A program made the position numbers and the translations under genes. Positions 40,543 to 50,029 of a stretch of 64,000 nt of DNA are shown piece by piece. This DNA is from a virus. Location of the stretch: positions 64,001 through 128,000 of IMG/VR virus record IMGVR_UViG_3300036715_001865; one strand, written 5' to 3'. The notes below the pieces were generated by a model that was given only the letters and a program-made list of their open reading frames with translations, ran no database searches and was not told the DNA's origin. Each line of letters starts with the position of its first letter. Position 1 is the first letter of the stretch.

Positions 40543-43263
40543 TTAAAACTCCCATTCTTCTTCAAAAACTAAGCTGTCCTTCGATGGAGGACGTTTATCC
40601 ACAGCTTTTAATATGTTTTGCAGTGGATTATCAACCAATTTTTCGACGTGCAATTTTCTATCAATTACAAAATTATCAGTAAACCAATCAGGAACAAATT
40701 CAGCATCAGTTGGTAACGCAATACTTTTAAATCTGCCACAAGGTACTTTCAAATTAAATACTTTGATCTTCATACCGGACATAATCGGAAAACTAACTTT
40801 ATCTCCATATTCAACCAGCATTTGATTATAATGAATTGCTGCGGCAACGTGTCCTGGTAATCTAGTTCTGTAATCTAGTTCAAACTTTTCCGTGTACTCA
40901 ACCACTCCTTTTATGCCTTTTGGTAGACCAATATCCATAATATCAGGTCTGGTTAATAAATCTTGTTTATAGTCAACGATAGAATATGAAATGTCGCTCC
41001 ACTCTTCCCCTTTTAGATATCGTTCAATAAACCTGTTCAACCGTTTAGATACTGCGACGGGCAAAGTTGTTTTCTTGGTATCTAGCCCCATAACCTTACA
41101 TTTGTCGACAGTTTTACCTTCCACGTCCACTAAATGTAATATGTACCGTTTTTTCTCAACAAATATACCTCTATCTGCAACAACTTCTCTACCACATTTC
41201 ACCAATGAGTCAAATTCTGGTTGACACAAAAATGATTTCTGCATAAATTCTTGATAAGAATTATTAACAACGTCAGCTACATAATCAGATGTTGCAATTG
41301 CCTCTGCAACATTGGTGGCATATGTTTTAAAATACGTACTATCAGTATCACCAGATACGATACAATCAGATTGAAACTTTCCGTTAAAAATAGGTCCATC
41401 TAAGGCTGCATCGGGGGAGTGACCTTTCTCTATAGCTACCTTAGTGGTAGCATACATCGGAATTTCAATATCATACTTTCCTTCAAATATTTGATTAACA
41501 GTGCGACATTGGTGTTTTAAAATCATTCGTGAAGTACCTGTGGTGCTTTCACCCATTCTAACATCAAAAAACCTAAAGTGTAAGTTTGCCAACGCTCCAT
41601 ATAGTGAGTTTAACTTGATTTTATATACATATTGCAACCTGTCATAATATGCTACCTTTTCCTCATCGTGAGCTATCTCAGCTTCTTTTTTCAGTTTTTG
41701 GTAGTATTTTCTTTGTGTAAACCAAGTGGTCAACACTGTTGGTATAATTCCAGGAGCATCTTGGTTAAATGCTGTTCCATAACCCGAAATAGCCCACTTC
41801 ATTGCTATAAAATATTCTTTCCACTCTGCTGCAGTTGCTGTTACTGATTCCTGTGTTTTTTCATACACAAAAGTCAATTCAACATCACTTCCTAATTTTA
41901 TTTCAGTATAAGCATCAACAGTTTCAATAAATTGTCCCATTAACTTCTCAGGAGATATATTGATACTTCTAATAGCTGTTGGATATAATGAATTTATATC
42001 AATAGAACCAATCATTTCATGCATGCCTATTTGAGGCAATAGAACTAACGCACCCTCAATTTGTCTATCAATTAAGGGCGTTTTTATGTTGTTTACAACT
42101 CGTTTAATAACATGATGACAATGATTAACAATAGCTAATTCAGCTAATTTCAATGTGCCACTAACATGTTGGAACAATCCACACGATAGGTGATACATTT
42201 GGTTTGCTAATTCAACATATGCCAACTTTTGTTCAAACCCGTGTAATATTTCACTATCTCGAATGTTGTATCGTACAAAAAAAGCAAAATCATTAATATA
42301 CAAAGAGTGCAATGACCCTTCATAGTGAAGTTTAGGCAACAAAGGAACATCATTCTCATCAACTAATACGTCTTCTGAGATTGTTTCTAATTTGTATGAT
42401 GGCTTCTCACTCATTTCATACTTTTTATATAAAAGCATATAATCAGCCAACATTCTACCACTTAACTCTAATTTAATAAAAGTTTGTAGTACAGCGTTTG
42501 GATCTTTTGATTTAAATTTATTGAAATTATCCTCAACTTCTACAAATGTTGTGTCACCACCATCATAAAACGATAAATCTCGCAATCTTGAAACGCCTAA
42601 TACAATTTCGATACGTTTGCCAATAAACGGAAAGTCAAACCGTTCTGAGTTCCAACCACACAATAAATCACTATCCTGTATCTCTGCTATGAACCATTCC
42701 AGTAGTTCTCGTTCATCTTTACAAATGTGGAATACTGTCTCATAAGACTTATCTAAGGGTACAATATCCTCACACGCCTGTCTTAACATCTCTTCAGTCC
42801 AATTAACTCCATCGTTTGGAGGTACAGCCAAAGCAATCATAGTTTGAGTATGTTCGTGGAATATTGACATAGCATTGATTGGAGCATATGGATTTTTTGG
42901 TCCACTAAATCCCTGATCAAGGTTGTAATCTACCTCGATATCAAGAAAAGATACGTGAAGTTTTGGTGCAGGTATTTTATGATAAGTGTTCGATAACACT
43001 CTAATTTCTGTAGGAATATCACTTTCCCACATTTGTACGCCATGAGAGGCGAATTGTTTGCGTTTCTTGTAAAATAAACTTCTATCCCGTCCACAGTCCA
43101 CTTTTGCAACTGAGGTATCGTATATAGTTTTATGTTTTCCATTTGGATCATCAACATAGAAATAATAAGGAGCATTATAATCAACAGTGGTTCTTTCGCC
43201 ATCTGCTCCACGCTCCCACACTCTAACTACATCATCTAAAGTAATTGCTGAAAGGTAACTCAT
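40543..43263 (-). CDS. gp43: Family B DNA polymerase (gp43-like)
   Basis: ExoI FLDIEVD, ExoII GWNSERFDFP, ExoIII YNIRD; SIDINSLYP, KIKLNSLYG, SGDTDS. Confidence 0.96.
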   Translation of the reverse strand: MSYLSAITLDDVVRVWERGADGERTTVDYNAPYYFYVDDPNGKHKTIYDTSVAKVDCGRDRSLFYKKRKQFASHGVQMWESDIPTEIRVLSNTYHKIPAPKLHVSFLDIEVDYNLDQGFSGPKNPYAPINAMSIFHEHTQTMIALAVPPNDGVNWTEEMLRQACEDIVPLDKSYETVFHICKDERELLEWFIAEIQDSDLLCGWNSERFDFPFIGKRIEIVLGVSRLRDLSFYDGGDTTFVEVEDNFNKFKSKDPNAVLQTFIKLELSGRMLADYMLLYKKYEMSEKPSYKLETISEDVLVDENDVPLLPKLHYEGSLHSLYINDFAFFVRYNIRDSEILHGFEQKLAYVELANQMYHLSCGLFQHVSGTLKLAELAIVNHCHHVIKRVVNNIKTPLIDRQIEGALVLLPQIGMHEMIGSIDINSLYPTAIRSINISPEKLMGQFIETVDAYTEIKLGSDVELTFVYEKTQESVTATAAEWKEYFIAMKWAISGYGTAFNQDAPGIIPTVLTTWFTQRKYYQKLKKEAEIAHDEEKVAYYDRLQYVYKIKLNSLYGALANLHFRFFDVRMGESTTGTSRMILKHQCRTVNQIFEGKYDIEIPMYATTKVAIEKGHSPDAALDGPIFNGKFQSDCIVSGDTDSTYFKTYATNVAEAIATSDYVADVVNNSYQEFMQKSFLCQPEFDSLVKCGREVVADRGIFVEKKRYILHLVDVEGKTVDKCKVMGLDTKKTTLPVAVSKRLNRFIERYLKGEEWSDISYSIVDYKQDLLTRPDIMDIGLPKGIKGVVEYTEKFELDYRTRLPGHVAAAIHYNQMLVEYGDKVSFPIMSGMKIKVFNLKVPCGRFKSIALPTDAEFVPDWFTDNFVIDRKLHVEKLVDNPLQNILKAVDKRPPSKDSLVFEEEWEF

Positions 43264-43285
43264 GCATCCATCCTTGAATGTAAAT

Positions 43286-43312
43286 AAAAAGGGGCTTACG
43301 CCCCCTTTCTTT
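43286..43312. terminator. Intrinsic terminator-like hairpin
   Basis: aaaaaggggcttacgccccctttct; GC stem with A/T tails. Confidence 0.65.
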
Positions 43313-43318
43313 GTGTTT

Positions 43319-43633
43319 TTAATCTTCGTCTTCTAGGGGGTCAGTAACAGTTAATCTCCCACCTGAGAGTGCTTCATACATCAATTCAAAATGTTCTTGT
43401 TCTTCTTGTAAGTCTGCATAATTGCCCTTAAACATAGAGTTGGCAATTTTTCTAACAATTTTCTTATCCACACTAAAAACTGTTGCAGCTTCAGCAATTG
43501 TTTCACTGATTGCTTCTCTACTATCTTCCATTTGTTGCAAATAATGAGTAACAGTTACTATCATTTGCTTGAATTTCTTCAGTTCATCTGGATTGGTAAG
43601 AACGTTTACTGCTTCCTTTTGTTTTTTCGCCAT
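43319..43633 (-). CDS. dsbA: dsDNA-binding protein (T4 DsbA/GapR-like)
   Basis: MAKK start with AGGAG SD; helical L..F..E.I.E.A..F.VDKK..RK.A..F..E..ELMYE pattern; TTGATT-N17-TATAAT promoter 43701-43673. Confidence 0.6.
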   Translation of the reverse strand: MAKKQKEAVNVLTNPDELKKFKQMIVTVTHYLQQMEDSREAISETIAEAATVFSVDKKIVRKIANSMFKGNYADLQEEQEHFELMYEALSGGRLTVTDPLEDED

Positions 43634-43751
43634 TGTAAATCTCCTTTTTGATGGTTTGTATTGTAAACATATATTATACGAGGAATATAGTTTAAAATCA
43701 ACACAATGTTTGTAGATAGGATATCCCACCATTTATAGGTGGGACATACAT

Positions 43752-44258
43752 TTATAACACTTCAATATGGACCATTGATGCTCCATTTTTACCGGGTGAT
43801 AATTTGATATATTCAGCAGCTCCTTGTGACAAATCCAACACTCTATTGGCAATATATGGACCTCGATCGGTAATTGTAACTATCACAGATTTTTTATTCT
43901 GTAAATTTGTTACTCTTACTCGAGCAAATAGTGGTAAAGATTTGTGTGCAGCAGTTAATGCATACATATCAAAAATTTGTCCACTGGCTGTGCGCTTACC
44001 ATGATGTTTTGCACCATAAAATGATGCTAACCCCGTGGTTGAATACCCTTTAAATTTAGCAATCCTTGCTTCAATTGCTTTTTTTCTAGCAGCAACTTTT
44101 TTGGCCTTATTGGCCTTTTTGTCTGTGCTATTATTTGAATGTACTGATACATTCCCCTTATTGTGCGGTTTCTCTTTGGCCTGAGCCATACCACAACCTA
44201 ACAACACCGCTAACATCGTTACAGCAGTGAACTGAGTTAAATGATTTTGTTTTATCAT
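43752..44258 (-). CDS. rlpA: RlpA-like (DPBB) lytic transglycosylase with an N-terminal signal peptide
   Basis: GLASFYG..HGKRTASG..FDM..LTAAHKSLP..RVRVTNL..SVIVTITDRGPY..RVLDLS..AA; hydrophobic AVTMLAVLLGCGMAQA leader. Confidence 0.88.
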   Translation of the reverse strand: MIKQNHLTQFTAVTMLAVLLGCGMAQAKEKPHNKGNVSVHSNNSTDKKANKAKKVAARKKAIEARIAKFKGYSTTGLASFYGAKHHGKRTASGQIFDMYALTAAHKSLPLFARVRVTNLQNKKSVIVTITDRGPYIANRVLDLSQGAAEYIKLSPGKNGASMVHIEVL

Positions 44259-44407
44259 ACTCATTTTCTCCTTGTTCAATGATTTGAACGTTTTATTACT
44301 TACTCATTGATCTATAAAGAACATAGTTAATATTCTCGAAATCAGTATTAAACACAGGATAGACACATCATTATGTCACAACTTGTGTATATACATAATG
44401 GTTACAA

Positions 44408-44485
44408 CTATAAGCTGTATAACAATGATACCATTAAGTATACTTTAATAATGCACACCAATTTAATATGGTGTTGTTTTTTCAT
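44408..44485 (-). CDS. Possible 25-aa hydrophobic peptide or gene remnant
   Basis: ATG with GGAGA SD and a TTGACT-N17-GATAAT promoter (44568-44540). Confidence 0.3.
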   Translation of the reverse strand: MKKQHHIKLVCIIKVYLMVSLLYSL

Positions 44486-44572
44486 AATTAGGTTCTCCAT
44501 AAAAAATGCTCATTAATATATTATTAACGTAAGAAGTATATTATCATCATTTTCAATAATAAAGTCAACATA

Positions 44573-45181
44573 CTAAAACCAACTGAGATAATTCCCAGGA
44601 AATTTACTTGGATCGTATAGATACATAGATTGAGCAGATATGTGTATTCTAGCTTGTACTAAACTGCCAGCATTAACATTTGCTGTCACGTTTATAAAAT
44701 GAGGATCACTTGGGTATACAATTAATGTTCCACGTTGTGGATTAAACCCAAAATGATGTTGTGGAAATTCTAACTTCCCACCATATACCTCATATTCAGG
44801 ATCGAACTCCTGTTCATCTTGATAATCATTTAAAAATAAAATAGCAGATAAGTCTCTTGATCTGGTTCTTAACCATTTCCCTCTAACAAATACACTATTT
44901 TCAACTCCCATAGTTCCCTTACAACCTTCTGTATACCACTCAAATAATATAGGTTCTGTTCCTTTATAATGAATATCATAGTGAGCTTGTATCGAATGCA
45001 TATGTAATTGCAGCTGTTCGTATATGATTTCTTCTGCTCTGTCATTAGATGTGATAGTTACCACATTTTTACCAGATGCGTCCACATTTGGTACTGTGAA
45101 ATTGCACATTTCCAACAATTCTTCACACAATAATGGGGATACAAAATCTTCAATAACATAAAAAGGTGAGGTTTTTTTCAT
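44573..45181 (-). CDS. 2OG-Fe(II) oxygenase-fold protein (prolyl-4-hydroxylase-like), atypical metal ligands
   Basis: RDLSAILFLNDY..YGGKLEFP..NPQRGTLIVYPSDPH; the expected HxD reads GVENS. Confidence 0.75.
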   Translation of the reverse strand: MKKTSPFYVIEDFVSPLLCEELLEMCNFTVPNVDASGKNVVTITSNDRAEEIIYEQLQLHMHSIQAHYDIHYKGTEPILFEWYTEGCKGTMGVENSVFVRGKWLRTRSRDLSAILFLNDYQDEQEFDPEYEVYGGKLEFPQHHFGFNPQRGTLIVYPSDPHFINVTANVNAGSLVQARIHISAQSMYLYDPSKFPGNYLSWF

Positions 45182-45184
45182 ATT

Positions 45185-45742
45185 TTACTCCGTAATACTA
45201 ATTTTATCAAAATGGGTTAATAACTCTTGGAGAGTAATATTATGGCGAACCAGAATTTTCACAGCTTCTTGTACCACTGCACTTCTGTCCACAATTGGTT
45301 CTTGGGAAGGTTGTTCTGTATGTTCTGACTCATCAGCATCTTTATTAACATCAATAACAAAATTTCCTACCTTTAATGCATTTTGGCCGATAAGCACTTG
45401 ACTGTCCATTTTGCTTCTATCATTCAGATTAAAGGATACAGCCTCCATCGGTTGTCCATTAATTTCAATATCTAATTTAATCATTGGACGAGTATTTCCA
45501 CCTGCATCTGCTGACACAATTGTAGTGCTACCATCTAGTTCAGTGGTAATAACACCATCCGAAATAGCTGGACAACGAAATGAAATACTATTATTTGATT
45601 GATTTGGTTGTAAGTCAGTAGCATGCAAGGAGCATATTGTTGCTCCTGTGTCTACTTTACCTTCCACACTTTTATTGAAAGTTGTAAAATTTACTACAAC
45701 TTCATTACCTATAACATTAGGTGTTTGATTTTCTTGGTTCAT
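45185..45742 (-). CDS. Retropepsin-like aspartic peptidase (RimK-associated / 'ATP-dependent Zn protease' family)
   Basis: KVDTGATICSLHA, R..IKL.IEI, NLNDRSKM..VLIGQNAL; start MNQE with GAGGA SD; late promoter 45775-45768. Confidence 0.8.
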   Translation of the reverse strand: MNQENQTPNVIGNEVVVNFTTFNKSVEGKVDTGATICSLHATDLQPNQSNNSISFRCPAISDGVITTELDGSTTIVSADAGGNTRPMIKLDIEINGQPMEAVSFNLNDRSKMDSQVLIGQNALKVGNFVIDVNKDADESEHTEQPSQEPIVDRSAVVQEAVKILVRHNITLQELLTHFDKISITE

Positions 45743-45767
45743 ATTATTTGTCCTCAATAAGCACTAT

Positions 45768-45775
45768 TATTTATA
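45768..45775 (-). promoter_or_regulatory. Late promoter TATAAATA, flanked by a ttgtcct/aggacaa inverted repeat covering the SD
   Basis: + strand tatttata; arms 45748-45754 and 45787-45793. Confidence 0.65.
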
Positions 45776-45800
45776 ACAATGTAAAAAGGACAATTTACTA

Positions 45801-46103
45801 TTATACGCCAGGAGTAGAATTGCCAGTACTTCCAGGGGTCGTTACGCCTGGTTGAACTTGTGGGTTTTGTTGATTTTGTTGGTTTTGTTGTTTATTAGCA
45901 ACAGTATCATCGGCTTGTTTTCTCTTTAACAACGGTGCCAATCTTTTTTGTAGTTGTTGCTTTTGTGCAATTAATGGTTGGGTTCGTTGATTAATTTGAA
46001 TTTCTAAGTTAGCCAAAGCTGTTTGCATATCAGTAATCATCTTATCTGTATTTGCATCCTCTGCTAATATATCCACAAACACCTTGAACGTAAATTGTTT
46101 CAT
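45801..46103 (-). CDS. Hypothetical Gln-rich coiled-coil protein (possible virion/head protein)
   Basis: 100-aa ORF with AGGA SD and a CATAAATA variant upstream. Confidence 0.55.
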   Translation of the reverse strand: MKQFTFKVFVDILAEDANTDKMITDMQTALANLEIQINQRTQPLIAQKQQLQKRLAPLLKRKQADDTVANKQQNQQNQQNPQVQPGVTTPGSTGNSTPGV

Positions 46104-46136
46104 AGTTTATTGTCCTATAATCATTGGTATAGTATT

Positions 46137-46164
46137 TATGAGTTGGTTAGTTGACCAACTCATA
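46137..46164. terminator. 11-bp hairpin after the 46172 ORF
   Basis: tatgagttggt-tagttg-accaactcata. Confidence 0.5.
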
Positions 46165-46171
46165 TCTTACG

Positions 46172-47317
46172 TTATTTGGAGCGAGACATAATAAATTTTG
46201 CAATATCTGATGGGGCCACTCGTCCTCTCAATGGCTGCTGTTTCTTAGTTGGTGCTGGTGAAGCATAAGTACGCTCCTCCTCTTCATGTGAGGTCCCACC
46301 TTTATTGTTATATTGATTGTCGTACTCAGCAGGACTAAAATCATATTGTGGTTCTTGAGCTGGACGTTCATTTTCTTTTCCACTTTCCATATCATGTCCC
46401 CACTTAGCTAATTGAGCCAACCGCTTAGCTTCTTTTTCTTTAATTGTCTGAGCTTTTTGTTGTTCTTCCATATCCAAAAACTGCTCTTCTTGTCTCACTC
46501 TTGCCATTGCTTGATTTTTTGCTTCAGATGCTTGTTTAGTATTTGCTTCAGCTTCTCTTGCCTGTGCTTCAGCCTTGCGGGCCTGGGCATCTGCTCTCAT
46601 CATATCAATAACTTGGGTTAAAAGAGTAGTAACTTGGCCCGTATCCTCAGCTGGAGGTAGTGGATCTTCTGGTGGTAAATCACCTTCTGGAGGTAAATCA
46701 CCTTCTGGGGCAGCTTCGTCACCTTCTGGTGGGACTCCACCCGCAAGTTCTTGCCCCTCCTCATCATCTTCTTCAAGAGCTGGCCAATCCACATCCACAA
46801 TAGTATATCTGTCTTTCAACTTAAACAACACTTCTGCTATTTCAGGACCTACATCATGTGTATCCTTATCACCTAATAGATGTTGGATATCTTGTTCAAA
46901 CCCTTGGGATTGGTCTGTTGGAATTGTTACTTTTACAATTCCACCATTAGCATCGACAAGTCCGAAGGTGGTGGTATCTCGATGATCAACACTTTCTTTA
47001 TCTTCAAGAGATTTTAATTTTGCAATGGCCCCAGTAGTATCAAACGTTGTGGTGGCTCCAGGAATAGCCAAATCCTCAAACATAGCACTAAAGGCTTCTT
47101 TGAGGCCAATTGTTTTCTTTTTCTTTTGAAACTTGCTTGCTTGTTTAGCCGTGTATTTTATAACTTGGGGCTTTGCAGATGCAGAAATTGTTCGTTTGAT
47201 GGCAGATGCAAATAATGGCATACTGCAAGATGCTACACATCCTGCACCTACAGCCCCACCAGCATCATCTTCTGAAAGAAGGTTTCTTAATTTGATTTGT
47301 TCTATGTGTTTGTTCAT
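46172..47317 (-). CDS. Hypothetical acidic/Pro-rich late protein (possible internal head protein)
   Basis: PEGD(L/E) repeats, coiled coil, L-x-E motifs; late promoter 47359-47352. Confidence 0.55.
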   Translation of the reverse strand: MNKHIEQIKLRNLLSEDDAGGAVGAGCVASCSMPLFASAIKRTISASAKPQVIKYTAKQASKFQKKKKTIGLKEAFSAMFEDLAIPGATTTFDTTGAIAKLKSLEDKESVDHRDTTTFGLVDANGGIVKVTIPTDQSQGFEQDIQHLLGDKDTHDVGPEIAEVLFKLKDRYTIVDVDWPALEEDDEEGQELAGGVPPEGDEAAPEGDLPPEGDLPPEDPLPPAEDTGQVTTLLTQVIDMMRADAQARKAEAQAREAEANTKQASEAKNQAMARVRQEEQFLDMEEQQKAQTIKEKEAKRLAQLAKWGHDMESGKENERPAQEPQYDFSPAEYDNQYNNKGGTSHEEEERTYASPAPTKKQQPLRGRVAPSDIAKFIMSRSK

Positions 47318-47318
47318 A

Positions 47319-47368
47319 TTGTTAACCTATTGAAAACTTATTTGATAAGTGTATTTATAGGTTAACAA
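47319..47368 (-). promoter_or_regulatory. Late promoter TATAAATA in a perfect 12-bp hairpin covering the SD
   Basis: ttgttaacctat 47319-47330 / ataggttaacaa 47357-47368. Confidence 0.75.
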
Positions 47369-47390
47369 CTAAACCAGTATTGATTATTTT

Positions 47391-47636
47391 TTACTCAACA
47401 GTTGTTGGTTCTTCTGTTAGTAGTGGAGCTACACTTGTTTGAATGTCTTGTAATAATTTATTTTGAAAATCAGCCAATGCTGCCCTTGCTTTCATAAGTG
47501 CAGCATAGGCTTCCACTTCATCTTGACGAGCACTGTCAATCAACTGAACGATATATTGTGATTCAGGTGATAAACTAGAAACTTCATAGTTGGTATCTTC
47601 AATTGTGATAGATGTGGTTTGTGTAACAGGTAACAT
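47391..47636 (-). CDS. Hypothetical protein
   Basis: 81-aa ORF with AGGAG SD. Confidence 0.6.
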   Translation of the reverse strand: MLPVTQTTSITIEDTNYEVSSLSPESQYIVQLIDSARQDEVEAYAALMKARAALADFQNKLLQDIQTSVAPLLTEEPTTVE

Positions 47637-47683
47637 AATATCTCCTTATATTTTAATTTATTTATCGTTAGTGTTTTTGGGTA

Positions 47684-48976
47684 CTAAATTAAGTCTGCCA
47701 ATGACTTTCGTTTGCCTGGTACTAATACAGGCACAGATTCCACCAACTTTTGTGTTTTGCTAGCTGGTTGGTTTAAAATCCGCAAGTTTTTATTGTCCCA
47801 CACAAGATCGACAGTTTGCCCTACAGCATCACTACTACGGGACTTCGTAAAAATCCACATCATGTCACCAGCAGCCTTCATCGGAGGAGTCATAACAATA
47901 TAAATCATCCAATCTACTGTATTTACTTTTGTTAATCCACCAGCAATATGACTATGATTTAAACTTTCCGCCTCCACTGCTTGTCTATTTAACTGAGATG
48001 CTGTTGCTCCCATCATATTATAATCCAATAATATGTCCCGCAATTGTTCTGTGGAGCGTTTATCTTTTTCTGACACGTTGTCTGCTGATACTTTCTCATT
48101 AGGTGACATAAGATCTAAATAATCAACGATCAATAATGTTGGTAGACTTTTATTTTTAAGCTCATATTCTTTTAAATATGCACGAATTGCGTTAGCATTC
48201 GTACCAATAGGCATACGCTTGATTGTTATCTTACCATTTGTTCCTTTGAGTTTGACTACTCCATCAACAATTTTAGGAATATGATGATCCCAATTTACCG
48301 AAGACACTCCAGTAAACATAGTATCAAACCGTTGAGATACCAACTGTTCTGACATTTCTAAAGTTAGATACAGTACCTCGATTCCTTGGTTAGACATATT
48401 CACTGCTAAATTAGCTAATGATATAGATTTACCACCGCCTGAATTAGCTGCTAATAATAACATTTCAGTTAAGGCTAATCCACCACCCATTGCATCATCA
48501 ACTTCTGTCCACCCAGTTGATATTCTAGGTGGGGTTTTGGCGAATTCTGTAAGTCGAGCTTCTGGATCAGCAAAATAGTCAACGCCTAAATCAGCATCTA
48601 ATGATACTTGAACTGCATTTTTAATTAATTGTTCAATTTGGTCTTGTTTATCAGTACCAATGAGTGCTGCTGATTCAATTACTGCCAACTCAAGAGCTTT
48701 TACCTTACAGAATTGTTCGATTTCATCTGAACAATACGATATTTGGTCTCGAGTAATTATAGGAGCGTCTAACTGTATCCCCGTTTCAGCAAAAATCTGA
48801 TTTGTATTTGGTGTATTATTATACTTGGTATAGTAATCCTGTAGAAAGGCAACTACCTTTCTATATTCAGGATTAAAATAAGTTGATTGTATTATTGATC
48901 TACATACTGCAAAGGTATCTGCAGAAGATACCAAATACTCCAATAGTAGTTTTTGTTTATTCCCTGTTATAATCAC
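47684..48976 (-). CDS. gp41: DnaB-like replicative helicase (gp41-like)
   Basis: Walker A AANSGGGKS, YLTLEMSE, LIVDYLDLM, TASQLNR, K.RSS. Confidence 0.93.
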   Translation of the reverse strand: MIITGNKQKLLLEYLVSSADTFAVCRSIIQSTYFNPEYRKVVAFLQDYYTKYNNTPNTNQIFAETGIQLDAPIITRDQISYCSDEIEQFCKVKALELAVIESAALIGTDKQDQIEQLIKNAVQVSLDADLGVDYFADPEARLTEFAKTPPRISTGWTEVDDAMGGGLALTEMLLLAANSGGGKSISLANLAVNMSNQGIEVLYLTLEMSEQLVSQRFDTMFTGVSSVNWDHHIPKIVDGVVKLKGTNGKITIKRMPIGTNANAIRAYLKEYELKNKSLPTLLIVDYLDLMSPNEKVSADNVSEKDKRSTEQLRDILLDYNMMGATASQLNRQAVEAESLNHSHIAGGLTKVNTVDWMIYIVMTPPMKAAGDMMWIFTKSRSSDAVGQTVDLVWDNKNLRILNQPASKTQKLVESVPVLVPGKRKSLADLI

Positions 48977-49023
48977 ACTATATCTCCATTAGTATAAAGT
49001 TATTATACTATGATTTATATGAT

Positions 49024-50028
49024 TTATACAACAAGAATTTGAGGGTGTGTGGTTTTAATAGAAGTATCTCTTACGTATACTTTCCCGTAATTATACATAA
49101 TTCCATTTGAAGTTGCGCTTTCACTACTAAAGTCAACATACTTATCATATATTCTGTCAACTGCACCATATGGAGGATTTGCCCCCAAAATTAATACCGA
49201 ACCAGGGTCTATATTAATATAATTTGTATGTGTCAGATAAAAGAATCCACCAGCAGGAGGAATTTGTCCCGACAAAAATAGAGCTGTTACTTTGGGATTG
49301 TTGACGATGTCAATGCTCCGAACGTGGTAATTTTTGCCATTCAAAAACACTTGACCAACACCAGCCCAAGGTGAAGTAGCTGTTGGAACAATTGTGATTC
49401 CTTCGTATAGTACAGTTATTGGCGATCCATTTGGAACAATAAAAGTTATTGATATATTGACAACAGGTGCATCTGATAATGTGCAGATTGTTAACACACC
49501 GGTATTGGTTGATGCTTGAGTGGATGCAGTGGTATCAACTACAACAGGTATTGGCATTGGATTAGTTACATTTTGTGACGCCATTGCTACACACTGTGCT
49601 ATTCCTTTCTCAACCTTTGGAAATGTTAGGATGGTGGTATATGGATTTACAGTATTTCGATCAAATATCCCTGTGTATGGGACTAATTGAGACACACCAT
49701 CAATATCTCGATACACAGAGATATTTAAATTTGGTTGACATTGTAAATTGTGTGGTATTGACCACTGTAATGAATCAATATACTGAATATGGTCATATAC
49801 CAATTGGTGCACAACCCAATCTTGCAAATTAGGCACAGAGGGGGTTAATGTTGGAGTATCCATGATATCTTTAGTAAGAGTAACTCTATTCAGCCTACCA
49901 TTACAGTTGGCAGTAATAGTACAACGAGATAATACATCTATTCCTTTTCTGTTAGTCGGCACCCTACACTTGCGGTTGCACACACTACACTGATATACTG
50001 AGTCTCCTCGTACTATTACCTTAGGCAT
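49024..50028 (-). CDS. Hypothetical protein with an N-terminal Cys4 Zn ribbon and a W-x-I-x-H-N-L module (likely structural)
   Basis: CSVC..CTITANC; LQWSIPHNL. Confidence 0.5.
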   Translation of the reverse strand: MPKVIVRGDSVYQCSVCNRKCRVPTNRKGIDVLSRCTITANCNGRLNRVTLTKDIMDTPTLTPSVPNLQDWVVHQLVYDHIQYIDSLQWSIPHNLQCQPNLNISVYRDIDGVSQLVPYTGIFDRNTVNPYTTILTFPKVEKGIAQCVAMASQNVTNPMPIPVVVDTTASTQASTNTGVLTICTLSDAPVVNISITFIVPNGSPITVLYEGITIVPTATSPWAGVGQVFLNGKNYHVRSIDIVNNPKVTALFLSGQIPPAGGFFYLTHTNYINIDPGSVLILGANPPYGAVDRIYDKYVDFSSESATSNGIMYNYGKVYVRDTSIKTTHPQILVV

Positions 50029-50029
50029 T

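Noticed and set aside
48974-48989. NrdR-box-like sequence (cacactatatct...)
   Set aside because: Only half the palindrome matches, and it overlaps the helicase start/SD rather than the nrd genes.
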